Source of the DNA: the human T2T-CHM13v2.0 reference genome, Homo sapiens
Length of the DNA: 64,000 nucleotides
Assembly (NCBI RefSeq): GCF_009914755.1
Contig: NC_060932.1
Direction: 5' to 3' (one strand)
The translations under genes and the position numbers were made by a program. Shown here piece after piece: positions 1 to 12,552 of the stretch (its first letter is position 1; every line of letters starts with the position of its first letter). Under the pieces are notes generated by a model. That model searched no databases, had not been told where the DNA came from, and saw nothing but the letters and a program-made list of their open reading frames with translations.

Positions 1-120
1 CTCGGGAGGCTGTGGCAGGAGAATCACTTGAACACAGGAAGTGGAGGTTGCAGTGAGCTGAGATCATGCCACTGCACTTCAGCCTGGGTGAAAGAGTGAG
101 ACTTCATCTCAAAAAATAAA
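1..120 (+). mobile_element. Alu, 3' part (cut by window edge), followed by (TA)-rich tract to ~212
   Basis: Alu right-arm consensus with A-rich tail. Confidence 0.9.
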
Positions 121-656
121 TATATATATATACACGTATATACGTATATATATATACATATAATATTATATATATACGTATATACGTGTATATATATTAT
201 ATATATACATATGCAGAAGAATCAGCATCACAGAAGTCAAGTTCAGGGGCATGGACTTCCATTCTGGGCTGCTGGAGAGTGTGCAAGGCATGTGACCCAG
301 GAGTTCTGTGAGGTCCTGGGTTAAAAGCACATGAAGCCATCAATATACAGGGCAAGCCCTTTTAATCTTACTCCCAATAACAACAATGTGATTGAATATT
401 GCTTTATGATTACATCTATAGGCATATGTGCATCTTATAAATAATGCTTTAATTACAAACATATTCACATTATATTTTGGAAATTCTATGTAACAGAAAA
501 AAAGAAAATAAATCCTTGTAGTCTTGCTACTTTATGCTATTGGCATTTTCTTCTAGGTTTTTTCCCCTCTGTCTACTATTTTTACATAAGCCAGAAACCA
601 GGGCTTTTACAAAAGCAAGGGAATCTACATTTAAAAAAAATTTCTTTTTTGCCATC

Positions 657-1318
657 TTTTTTTTTCTTTTTTTTTTATTATTATACTTTAAGTTTTAGGG
701 TACGTGTGCACATTGTGCAGGTTAGTTACATATGTATACATGTGCCATGCTGGTGTGCTGCACCCACTAACTCGTCATCTAGCATTAGGTATATCTCCCA
801 ATGCTATCCCTCCCCCCTTCCCCCATTCCACAACAGTCCCCAGAGTGTGATATTCCCCTTCCTGTGTCCATGTGATCTCGTTGTTCAATTCCCACCTATG
901 AGTGAGAATATGCAGTGTTTGGTTTTTTGTCCTTGTGATAGTTTACTGAGAATGATGATTTCCAATTTCATCCATGTCCCTACAAAGGACACGAACTCAT
1001 CATTTTTTATGGCTGCATAGTATTCCATGGTGTATATGTGCCACATTTTCTTAATCCAGTCTATCATTGTTGGACATTTGGGTTGGTTCCAAGTCTTTGC
1101 TATCGTGAATAATGCCGCAATAAACATACGTGTCCATGTGTCTTTATAGCAGCATGATTTATAGTCCTTTGGGTATATACCCAGTAATGGGATGACTGGG
1201 TCAAATGGTATTTCCAGTTATAGATCCCTGAGGAATCGCCACAAAGGGCTAATATCCAGAATCTACAATGAACTCAAACAAATTTACAAGAAAAAAACAA
1301 ACAACCCCATCAAAAAAA
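657..1318 (-). mobile_element. Young L1 (L1PA2-like) 3' end, 5'-truncated with inversion
   Basis: L1 3' UTR and ORF2 C-terminus (MFIAALFTIAKTWNQPKCP...) on the minus strand to ~1243, then an inverted L1 segment ~1241-1316. GCTAGATGACGAGTTAGTGGG suggests L1PA2 (from recall). Confidence 0.9.
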
Positions 1319-1327
1319 TTTTTTTAA

Positions 1328-1447
1328 GGTAGAGATGGGGTCTCACTGTGTTGCCCAGGTTAGCCTCAAGCTCCTGTGCTTAAGTGATCCTTTGGCCTCA
1401 GTCTCCCAAAGTGCTAGAATGACAGGCATGAGCCACCGTGCCTGGCC
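1328..1447 (-). mobile_element. Alu left monomer (FLAM/AluJ-like)
   Basis: Antisense left-arm consensus only. Confidence 0.8.
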
Positions 1448-2608
1448 AGGGCATACATATTTTATCATTTTATTCTGCACACCAAATCTTATACACACTT
1501 AATAGATCAACAATTTAGGTAAGTGACTTGATTTGCCCAAAGTCATACAAGTAGAAAGTGGTAAACATGGGATTTGAATTGAAATCTTCTTATATCAAAG
1601 CCCATGCAATTTCTGATAAAGCTCCATGTTATGTCCTCATATCCAAGACTACCCTAGATGTAAGTGCAATGGATGATTGCTGATGGCATGTGATTGAAGG
1701 GCAGGCAAATACCCCATATCAGCCTCCCTTCTATGGGTGCATTCCATGCTTAAAATTCTCACCATTATATCTATCCTTCAGCTCAGGCATTGCCTCAGAG
1801 AGTCCCTGTTAAAATGCACACAACTGACCTATCAAGTGTACTAAATTAACTCATTTTCATATCAGCAGAGGACAACCAATGAACCTTGTAGAAATTCCCA
1901 GAGGTCAAGCTCTCTGCCCATTCTGCAGTCCCAGAGTTAGTAGCAGCCATGGAGCTCTCTAGAGTTTCCATTCCTACCTCTTTTCAGAGGAGGAGACAAG
2001 GAGCCCAAGAAGTGCCTTGCCTGAGGTCTCAGAGAGAACAGAGCCAAGCTTCTGGCCCACATTGAACTACGCTGAAAGAAATTCCTTATCTTTTGCAATA
2101 TTGCTCTTGTTTTCTTTATTCTTTCATTCTCCAATGCTTTGTAAATTTTACATATTACTTTTAATTTTAGCTTTATGTTAAAATCTTTTATGTCTATATT
2201 TCACTACATTAAGAACATTAAGAATAAAAGAGTATCTAATGATTTTATTTGTGTGAGATGAGAGGTTTAGCAACAAACCTCTCTGTACAAACCTGGTTTT
2301 GTCAGAATGATCTGGATTTTCAGTTCTGGATTATCGTTATTGAGTTCTTTCTTACATTATTCATTCAACAAATATTTATTGAGGATCTACTATGTGCATT
2401 ATGCAAAGCACTAGGGATCCAGTGATGATCTTACAAACACATCCCCTAGCCTCAAGATGTTTGACATTTGCATTTAGCTTTATAAATATGCCACTTATAA
2501 CTAGACAATGGCTCTAAATTCTGGTGTTTTCTTTACTTGTGACCATCATTGATACCATTTTTTTTTGTATTTGATTTCTTTAATTTGATTTTTTTTTTGA
2601 TTAGCTAG

Positions 2609-2938
<330 letters not shown>

Positions 2939-3451
2939 CATGGTATGTTTCTTAAGTCCTTACACATCTGGTTTGATGGCAGGTGCAGATGCTAGACAAC
3001 CCTCTCCAGGATCAATAGTTGAATTGTGTTTGTGTGTGGGCACACAGAGTCTGCCTGAAAGGTGCTACTCCCTGACCAACTCTTTCTGCATGCTCAGTGT
3101 GAACTTTTCTCCCTCTAGTCTGGCTGTCTAGGCACAGACTCCCACATGGTCCACTGACACTCTGCTCATCCTCCCACTCTGGGTCTTTCATCCTAGATCT
3201 GCGCTCAGCTCCTTTCTCTGGATTCATATTCTCCAGTTTGTTATCCAAACTCTCGAGTTGCCTAAAGCCCATCATGAATCAGGCCATCCAGCCCCAGGCT
3301 CCCGCCTTTTCTGATCTGTTCTGTTCTCCTGCCTCCCTCCACCCGCCTCTGACAGCAGGACCCTAGGGGAGTGGACACGCAGCTCTCAGTTTTAATTGAT
3401 GGAAAGGCCAGCAAGCTTTGGGCTTCGGTGGGGAGGGATAGGTATGCCTAT

Positions 3452-3840
3452 GTGTGTGTAGGGGATGGAGTGGGAGCACTCACATGTGTGTAGGGGGTGG
3501 GGTGGGAGTGTTCAGATGTGGGGGTTCATGTGTGTGTAGGGGATGGAGTGGGAGCACTCATATATGTGTGTGTAGGGGATGGAGTGGGAGCACTCATATA
3601 TGTGTGTGTAGGGGATGGAGTGGGAGCACTCACATCTGTGTGTAGGGGGTGGGGTGGGGTGGGAGTGTTCAGATGTGGGGGTTCATGTGTGTGTAGGGGA
3701 TGGAGTGGGAGCACTCATATATGTGTGTGTAGGGGATGGAGTGGGAGCATTCACATGTGTGTGTAGGGGATGGAGTGGGAGCACTCGTGTGTGTAGGGGA
3801 TGGAGTGGGAGTGTTCAGATGTGGGGGTTCATGTGTGTGC
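3452..3840. repeat. G-rich minisatellite with two unit types
   Basis: Unit A ~GTGTGTGTAGGGGATGGAGTGGGAGCACTCATATAT; unit B ~GTGTAGGGGGTGGGGTGGGAGTGTTCAGATGTGGGGGTTCAT. Confidence 0.92.
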
Positions 3841-4909
3841 ATGCATATGTAGGTGGGAAGGGCGCAGGTGTGCATGTATTCATTTGTCTTCCTAGAGGGA
3901 CTAGAGATGTAAAACTCTGAAAAAAAAAACAATTTTTAAATGGCAGGGAAGAATTTTTGGTATCCATCCCTCTCTAAAGAAAAACAGAAAAAGCAACCTT
4001 TCCCAGGCTGTCACATCTCTAAATATAGCAAATGCTAATTTAATAAGCAAATCGAATTATACATGATGTATGTTTATTTCTCAAGCTTAAAAAAAATGGA
4101 TTTGTTCCCTGAGTGGCGTTACGAAAATTACACTTTACATGTTGTATAATTCCCCAAAATTTCTATCTCTCCTCCCACAAAAGCAGTTTCATTTCTCCCC
4201 ATCTGTGTCTTCAAAATCTCCGGGAACTCTATGTTTCCAAATGAGAATCTCCAGGTAAGTATGAAATAATATAAAGATATCAGAGGGGGCAGGGGAGACA
4301 GTCTGAAGCATTCTTGAAAAATTAAGCCTTTCTTTGATTATGATCTTGATACTTAAATATCCTATTATTTAAAAGCAAGAACACAAAATATCTGAATTTT
4401 TCCAATCCGTCTATACAGTTGGTTTAATATAGACACAATTCTCCTCCTTTCTTTATCTCTCTCTTACCTTCCTAATTTATTTGCCCCATGTTCCTTTTTC
4501 CTGCTCAAATACCCTATTCTCTGAACCTCAGTTTGTCAATCTTTGTTGCTCTATTTTAAAAGTTATCAATCAGCCCACATCCCCCTACAGGAAAAATGTG
4601 GTTAAAAATGGCCTAGTCCAGTAAAAGAAGATAGCCACTTGGAATTTGGGTTTCTTTTATTGAACCAAAGTGAAATCTAGCTATTAAGCAGCCATCCAAG
4701 CAAAAATGCAGGACACTTTCACCGTCCCTCCACCTCTAGTCGACAACCTGGCCACTATGGACAATATGAGACCAAACTTCTCCGTCTTTGATAGGTCCTT
4801 TAGAATGAAGTAACTCACTAAAGAAGGACAGCTTCCCATAAAAAAAAATATTTAGATTTAATTACAACTTAAAGGCACTTATTTTTTACTTGGGAATAGG
4901 GACACACAG

Positions 4910-5243
4910 TGTACAACATGGATGAGCCTTGAGGACATTACACTCAGCGAAATAAGCCAATCATAAAAAGACAAGTACTGTATGATTCCACTTATCTGAG
5001 GTACCTAGAGGAGTTAAATTTATAGAGAAAGAATGTAGGATGGGATTTTCCAGGGGCTGGGGCACAGGAGAATGGGAAGTTAGTGTCTAATGGGTATGGA
5101 GTTTCAGTTTTGCCAAATGAAAAGAGTTCTGAAGATTGCATGCACAGCAATGTAAATCTTAATACTACTGATTTGTACACTTAAAAATAGAATGGCAAAT
5201 TTTATGTTATGTGTATTTACCGCAGTTAAAAATTAAAAAAAAA
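4910..5243 (+). mobile_element. Old L1M 3' end fragment
   Basis: L1M 3' UTR-like sequence ending in an A-tail. Confidence 0.7.
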
Positions 5244-6312
5244 AGGTTGACTATCTATTGGGAGTTTTTCATAGGCTTGTAGTCTTAGGGTTAGGAGAGG
5301 TAATTAGAAGTCACTTAGCCTAATGTTTCTCAAACTTTTTTGACTGAAGCTCACAAAAGGTGCTACATTTTATATTATGATCCAGTATGTATTTGTCATG
5401 ATATGGACATATACACACATATATGATTACAGATACAGACATATATGTACATTTGTACACACAAATATACACATAACTGATATGTAACTAAAGACAGCAT
5501 AGGAAGCATTAATTATCCCATTACATGAGATGTGCTCTAATTATTTTCTACTCTTATTCCATTTTATTAAAACAAAATACCATTTACAATCCATAAGTTG
5601 ATTTCACAATGTACTAATGGGTCTCAGCCTTCAGTTAAAACACTAACCTAGACCAATCCCTAACATAATGCAAAAATCTCCTCTAAAGCCTCCCTGCTGG
5701 GTGGCCATCCAACTTCTGCTTGAATGCCTTCAGTGACAGGGAACTCACTCCCTACAGGGCAGCATGCTCTATGGTAGACCCATCTAGCACTTGCAGATCC
5801 TGCTCACTCCAGAGCTGTTCCAGGAGTGGCCTGGGTGGAGCTGAGAATGCCAGGAGGGCTGGGACCAGCTGACAGGTGCTCAGTGGTTTCCAAGAGGGGT
5901 GAAAGTACAGCTCCTAGCAGCAAAGCGGAGGGTTGGGGTGAGCCAGAGACTAGGGCAGCATTGCTGGGAGACTCTGGCTTCCTTCTGTGGAGCTGCAGAT
6001 CAGACCTTTTCCCCTCTGCCTTCTCACTGCTCCAGCACTATGATTATTTCCTCATCTGAAGGATGATCTCATTCCCCTAGCACCCGCCTGTGGGAGAGGT
6101 TTCCTCCCCCTGGGAGGCGGGGGCTCAGCCTCAGGTGGAGACAGATTCCCTCATATTCCCTCTCAACCTCCCACCCATCCCTCGAGCCTCAGCAGGCCAC
6201 CTCTGGCCATCCCACCTTGTATTCTCTTGGTCTTAAGACAGGGGGTATCCCTTCCCAGGGCATTCAGATAAGGGTGCCTGAACATTCCTGACCTCTCCCT
6301 CCGACCCCCATA

Positions 6313-6316
<4 letters not shown>

Positions 6317-6356
<40 letters not shown>
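6317..6356. repeat. (CA)20 microsatellite
   Basis: Direct reading. Confidence 0.97.
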
Positions 6357-6357
<1 letters not shown>

Positions 6358-7204
6358 CATTCTGGAGACCTGCTCATGTTCAGGACAACAAGACTCCACC
6401 ACACCTGATTGTGTCTTCCTGGGAGAAATAAAACAAAGACAGCACCGCCACGTGGGGACAGCTGACTGCTGGACATCAAAACCCTGGGTCCCAGGATGAG
6501 AAATGAATGATGCCTAAACTCCTGGCAAGTGTGGTGGGCTGAATAAGGAGGGGGACTGGCCAGGGCCCCAGTCAAGGACCAGGGCGTGGCAGTTCTGGGT
6601 GTCTGCAGTTTTCAGCTTTGGAGCCAGCCACCTCTGGCCAGGTAGGATTAGGCTGACCTCAGGGTGGGGCGGGGCCAAGAGGAGGTGATGATCTCATTGC
6701 ATCCTTAGAACCAAGAGAAAAAAGTAACCCGTGCATAGAGCCGAAGGAAAAGATGTGTGATCAAAATGGGAATGGGAGACAAGAAAAGCTGTGTCTGAGG
6801 AAGAAAAGGTAAAAACACAGGAGAGCTTCCCAATTGAAAGGGATCTTCAGGTCACAGCCAGCTGCAGGGGCAGCCAGACTCAGCACAAAACCTTTCTCCT
6901 TAAGCAACAAAACATTTTTATGCAGAAATAGCTCACCATAGCATCTGACAATTCCCACCCATCCTGCCTCTCCTGAGCTCTGGAATAAAAGTGGCACCCG
7001 GAGCCCACCCTCACCCCTTGGCCGAGCGCCATTCTTTCTGCCTCACCCCCTTTCCCCCAAGATCTGACAAAGTTTAAATGATTGAGTAGAACCAAAGGTG
7101 ACACAATAGGTGCTAGGCCCCTCGCTTCTCCCCACTGTAGCTGCTGTCTTGTTTTTTCTTTTGCCTGAAAAGCCTCAAATTAGTTGCATTTTATTTCTAC
7201 TTAC

Positions 7205-7270
7205 GTGCAGTCCAGTTAGAAGCGAGCTGCTCTCTTCCTCACTCCCTCAATTAGTGGTACCCTGGGCTTC
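7205..7270 (-). other. STMN4: Putative non-coding first exon of STMN4 (TSS approximate)
   Basis: Minus-strand donor CAC|GTAAGT after 7205, directly downstream of a motif-rich promoter. Identity inferred from recalled gene order STMN4-TRIM35-PTK2B; no STMN4 CDS is in the window. Confidence 0.55.
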
Positions 7271-7440
7271 TCTCAACATCAGCACCACTGCTCGCTCTTG
7301 CCATGACATCACCTCCAAGCTCTGTGATTGGCCAGCAGTGGGTTGCTTGGCAATTGGACAGTCTCCTCTGGTGGAGCAGGGATTGCCTGAGTGAGTAACT
7401 CTTAGCAGGCCAGGGAGTGAAAGATGATGTCAGACAAAGA
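7271..7440 (-). promoter_or_regulatory. Putative proximal promoter (RFX X-box-like, CRE-like and CCAAT motifs)
   Basis: CTTGCCATGACATC 7297-7310 and GTTGCTTGGCAAT 7342-7354 (X-box-like); TGACATCA 7304-7311 and TGATGTCA 7425-7432; ATTGG at 7327-7331 and 7353-7357. Confidence 0.55.
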
Positions 7441-7975
7441 GCCTGCTTTCTCTGCTGCCTGTGGAGCTGGAGAACCAGAGGGGTGAGGGCGGAGAGGAAG
7501 AAAGAAAGAGGGAGTGGTACAGAGAAGGTTGGGGAGAAGCCACAGCTTGCGAGCTGGGGGTATAATGAATGATTTCCAGGATCTTTAGGTCCTTTAAATT
7601 TGGGGGTGAGAGAATATGGAATCCAGAGAAGAAATAAAAAAGAACAGATGAACCCTAAAAATAGCTTCCTGGAGGGCTTGGTGCCTGTTTCCAGCTCTGT
7701 CAGAAGGGCTGGTGGGTTTGAACGATGACTCAGAAGGCGGGGGGTTGCGGGGACTGCAAAAACCCCAGGATTGGGAGCTGATGAGGGCCCTGCACTGGAG
7801 TCTCTGGAGAATAAGGCTTCCCTCTGGCCACCTTTGCAAAGGTATCAGCCACATCTCTGCTGACACTAGTGGGTCCTCACTGCCCCTCCCATCCAGCCCT
7901 CCTGGGCCTTCCAGAGGGAGCCACAGGTAGGAAGATGGACTGGTCATTACACTGGTGATTCCCAAATATGGTGGA

Positions 7976-8335
7976 TTTTTTAAAATTTTCAGTAAGTTTT
8001 TGGGAAACAGGTGGTGTTTGGTTACATGAATAAGTTCTTTAGTGGTGATTTCTGAGATTTTGGTGCACCATCACCCGAGCAGTGTACGCTGTCCCCAGTG
8101 AGTAGTCTTTTATCCCTCACTCTCCTCCCACTCTTTCCCCCAAGTCTCCTAAGTCCCTTGTATCATTCTTATGCCTTCGCGCCCTCCTAGCTTAGCTCCC
8201 ACTTATGAGTGAGAACATATGATGTTTGGTTTTCCATTCCTGAGTTACTTCACTTAGAATAATGGTCTCCAATTCCACCCAGGTTGCTGCAAATGCCATT
8301 ATTTCATTGCTTTTTATGGCTGAGTAGTATTCCAC

Positions 8336-8380
<45 letters not shown>

Positions 8381-8618
8381 TACATTTTCTTTATCCACTT
8401 GTTAATTGGTGGGCATTTGGGCTGGTTCTATATTTTTGCAATTGCGAATCATGCTGCTATAAGCATGCATGTGCAAGTATCTTTTTTGTACAATAACTTC
8501 TTTTTCTCTGGGTAGATACCCAGGAGTAGGATTGGTGGATCAAATGGTAGATTTACTTTTAGTTCTTTAAAAATTTTTCACACTGTTTTCCATAGTGACT
8601 GTACTAGTTTACATTTCC
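7976..8618 (-). mobile_element. L1PB-like 3' fragment containing (GT)21 at 8337-8378
   Basis: Antisense L1 3' end; TSD ATATGGTGGA at 7966-7975 and 8619-8628. Confidence 0.85.
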
Positions 8619-8903
8619 ATATGGTGGAATCTTGAGGGGGGGTGACGGGTCAGCGATGGTGGCTTCTGTAGTTCCCTCAGGGAATGAGGGAGCCACTAAC
8701 ATAACCTTCACAGGCTGCTGCCCTCAGCCAGTGAGCTGGAGAGGGCAGGGTGAGGCAGGAGAGGAGCCAGGCAGCTGTGGAGCGAGACCCCCTCCTCCAG
8801 AACACCTCTCCAGATTAAATCCCCCCAAGATGTGTCCATCATCCCCACATTCCACCGTCCAGCCTTGCCTCATGTGTTCTTCTTGGTGGGGAGGGGTAAT
8901 TTT

Positions 8904-9198
8904 TTTTCTTTTTTTTTTGAGACAGAGTCTCGCTCTGTCACCCAGGGTGGAGTGCAATGGCGTGATCTCGGCTCACTGCAACCTCCACCTCCCGAATTCA
9001 AGAGATTCTCCCGCCTCAGCCTCCTGAGTCACTGGAACTACAGGCACGCACCACCACACCTGGCTAATTTTTGTATTTTTAGTAGAGATGGGGTTTCACC
9101 ATATTGGTCAGTCTGGACTTGAACTCCTGACCTCGTGATCTGCCTGCCTCAGCCTCCCAAAGTGCTGGGATTATAGGCATGAGCCACCACGCCCAGCC
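8904..9198 (-). mobile_element. AluS
   Basis: TSD GGGGAGGGGTAATTTT at 8888-8903 and 9199-9214. Confidence 0.92.
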
Positions 9199-9454
9199 GG
9201 GGAGGGGTAATTTTATTGAGGCTGAACATGTCCAACATAACGCTCACCATTTTCACTATTTTGAAGTGTATAGCTCACTGGCCTCAAGTGCACACGCATT
9301 GCTGTGTAGCCATCACAGCTTTCCATCTCCAGAACTTTGGCATGTTCCCCAATATTCATATGTAACCAGTAAGCAATAACACTCCTTTCCAGCTAACCCC
9401 AAACTACTTTCTGTCTCTATGAATTTGCCTATTCTAGGCACCTCGTATCAGTGA

Positions 9455-9862
<408 letters not shown>

Positions 9863-12552
9863 TAGGAGGGTTTGTTCACCCTCTACCACCAAACCCCTAT
9901 TGACTGAGAACACGAATAATGACAAAAGTTGCCTTGAATTCAGCCCATGCTTTGAAGTTATTATTTTTAAACTACAGTAGCATCAATGAGCATTTGAAAA
10001 TCATAGTTAATGCATGGATGTCACATGTTCACCCTGCAGACTGTGCTGGGGATTAAGTAGATTCTCAAGCCCTGGCATGAACCCCTGACCTGCACCCCAC
10101 TGCCAGGACCTGCAAGCTGGCATCTCACCACAGCACCCCGTGTGGTTCTCCAGGAGGCCCCATGTAGACACACATCTCCAAGCCCCCACTTCACATCCAG
10201 AGGGGAGGGCTCCAGTTAGGCTGCCAGCCCCTGGCCAAGCGGTGGCCAGGATGAGGAATGAGCCCTGACAGCCTTTGGGGTTTTCAAAGCACACCAGAGC
10301 TGAATCTATGGTGTAATCCTTTCAGCAGGGCTGCAAGGACGGCAGGACGAACACTGTGCTGTTTGACATTCAGTGAGTATCACTGAACAACACACTTATC
10401 ATTCATGCCACATGCCACCAACCCAGGACCCTCAGCCATCAAGCTGAGCCTTTTCAGTGGGAATCAGGACAACTAAGGATATCAGAAAGTCATTCCCTCA
10501 ACATGTGGAGACAGGAGAGGCCACACTGCATACCAGGCTGGAATTTGGAGTCCAAGCAAACCCCAAATGCATGGCTATCCTAGCTGTGAAGGGGGCCTCT
10601 CTGTCCTCCCCTAGTATCTTCCCTCCCAGCCCTGAGAAGTCTGGAACTCCACAAATCTGCTGGCTCTGGAAAGTGAGGGATGGGGAGAGAAGGCAGTAGG
10701 TTGCCATGGTGATGGCAGCCAATCAGAGATCCTCTGCTGCTAGGGGAGGAGCAAGTTCGGTCTGAGTCCCCCTCACTGACTGTGAAGGAGGGTGGAGCTG
10801 GAACAGGGGGAGAAAGAGACAGGACATCACTGCCTGACAGCAGAGACCAAGGTCGGGGAGAAGGGTCATGGGGAGGGTGGCTCTATTTCTAGGATTACCT
10901 AGTTTCCATTTGGTACTAGGTTGTGATGGTTACACACACACACACACACACACACTCAGTACATCTCACAACTGCCCTGTGAGAAAGGGATTACCCACCC
11001 CATTTATAAAAGAAACAGACTCCAATAGGAAAGGTAACCTCAAACAGCCTACCTGTTATGCAGCGAGGCCTGGATTTGAACTCTGGGGAACGGGATGCGG
11101 GAGACACTGGCGAGAGAGTGAGTAAGGTAAGCAGGGTAGAGCCACGGCCCCAAAGACCTACTGGGTGGGAGAGTCCCTGGGACTTCCCTGAGATGGCATA
11201 AAGCAATATGTTGATAAAACAAGAAACACAGAAATGGTAAGAAAATGTACCAAACACCAAGTCCATAGAACAAAGGGCGAGGAGAGACCAAAATCAGAAA
11301 AGAAATCAGCAAGGTCAAAACTAGGAGGCTCAGAAGGACAGGATGGCGATCAGGGAGCAGGTGGAGGGGAAGGCGAGGTGGGCGCTCTGTTCCTCACACC
11401 GCAATATGGAAAGCCCCTGTGAGCCTTGTTGAGAAATGTGGGCTGGCCCTGGACCTGCCAAGTCAACTTTGGGTTAGACCTGTTGCTTGTGATCAATCTA
11501 CCCAAATGCTGGACTTTAGCCAAAGGGGCATGGGGCCCACAACGCCCCTCTGCAGACACCACCTCTCACAGCCCAAGTTGCACTACAGCAACAATACTAG
11601 GATGGAGTGTGTGTGGCCATTCCCTGAATCCCCACGCATTGCCTGGCTGCACCATGCGGACCCGATTCCTATATCTCTGCCCAGGAATCCCAGGGCAGCC
11701 ACTGCTTGGTGACTTGACTCACCATATAATAACTCACACTCACAGCCTCTCAGGCACAAAGGAAGGGGCCCCTGCCCTTCTCAGAGGTAGTTCTATCATA
11801 GGACCAGCTGGGAAGTCACCCTGGGGACCCTCATGGAGCCTGGGATCTCTTCCCAACCCTCAGAAAAAGTGGACCTAGTCTCACATGGGAATTCAGAATA
11901 TCTAATCCATATATGCATGTCTCTTCCACTCACACCAATGTGGTTTGTAAAAACTATAGAACATCAATGGGAATTTATCAATGGGAAATTGCAGTTTGTG
12001 GGATTTTCTTCTGTAGAATTTGTTGAATTGAACATTATCAGTTATTGACTTGAAACAAGTAAAAACATGTTTGCACTATGTCATTTTAAAAATGTGAACT
12101 CTTATTTCACCTGAAGAGTGGCTGTCCTGACTCACATGCTCTGGAGTCACTAGTGGCTTAGATTTTCCTTCAACAAATTAAAACACAAATCAATTCAATC
12201 GATTTGAATCCAAGCAAAGCTGGATTGCTAGAGCTGTTTGTTTATGTCCCTGATTAGATTTGTTAACTAAATTGTAATGGTGGTTAATATTTATAACCAC
12301 AACATATGATGTTTATAAAAGCAATATTTATCAAGTGAGCTAAAACCTGTAAATCACTTAGAACATTGCCTGGCACAAAGTATGGGCTCAGTAAATGTTA
12401 GCTATTATTATGATGTCATTAAATACAAGAGCAGACTGTGAATGAGTCTTAGGTTTGCAAGTAACAGAAGCACATTCCAAGATTGTTTATTTAAAAAAAA
12501 AAGACAATTTATATTAAAATCTAAGAGTAAAACAAATTTTAAATACTCACTA

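Noticed and set aside
885-1127. 80-aa ORF MFIAALFTIAKTWNQPKCP (also at 24267-24509)
   Set aside because: C-terminus of L1 ORF2 in truncated insertions, not a gene.
3452-3840. CRISPR-like appearance of ~35-bp repeats, and ORFs over them
   Set aside because: Tandem units without unique spacers in a primate context; this is a minisatellite.
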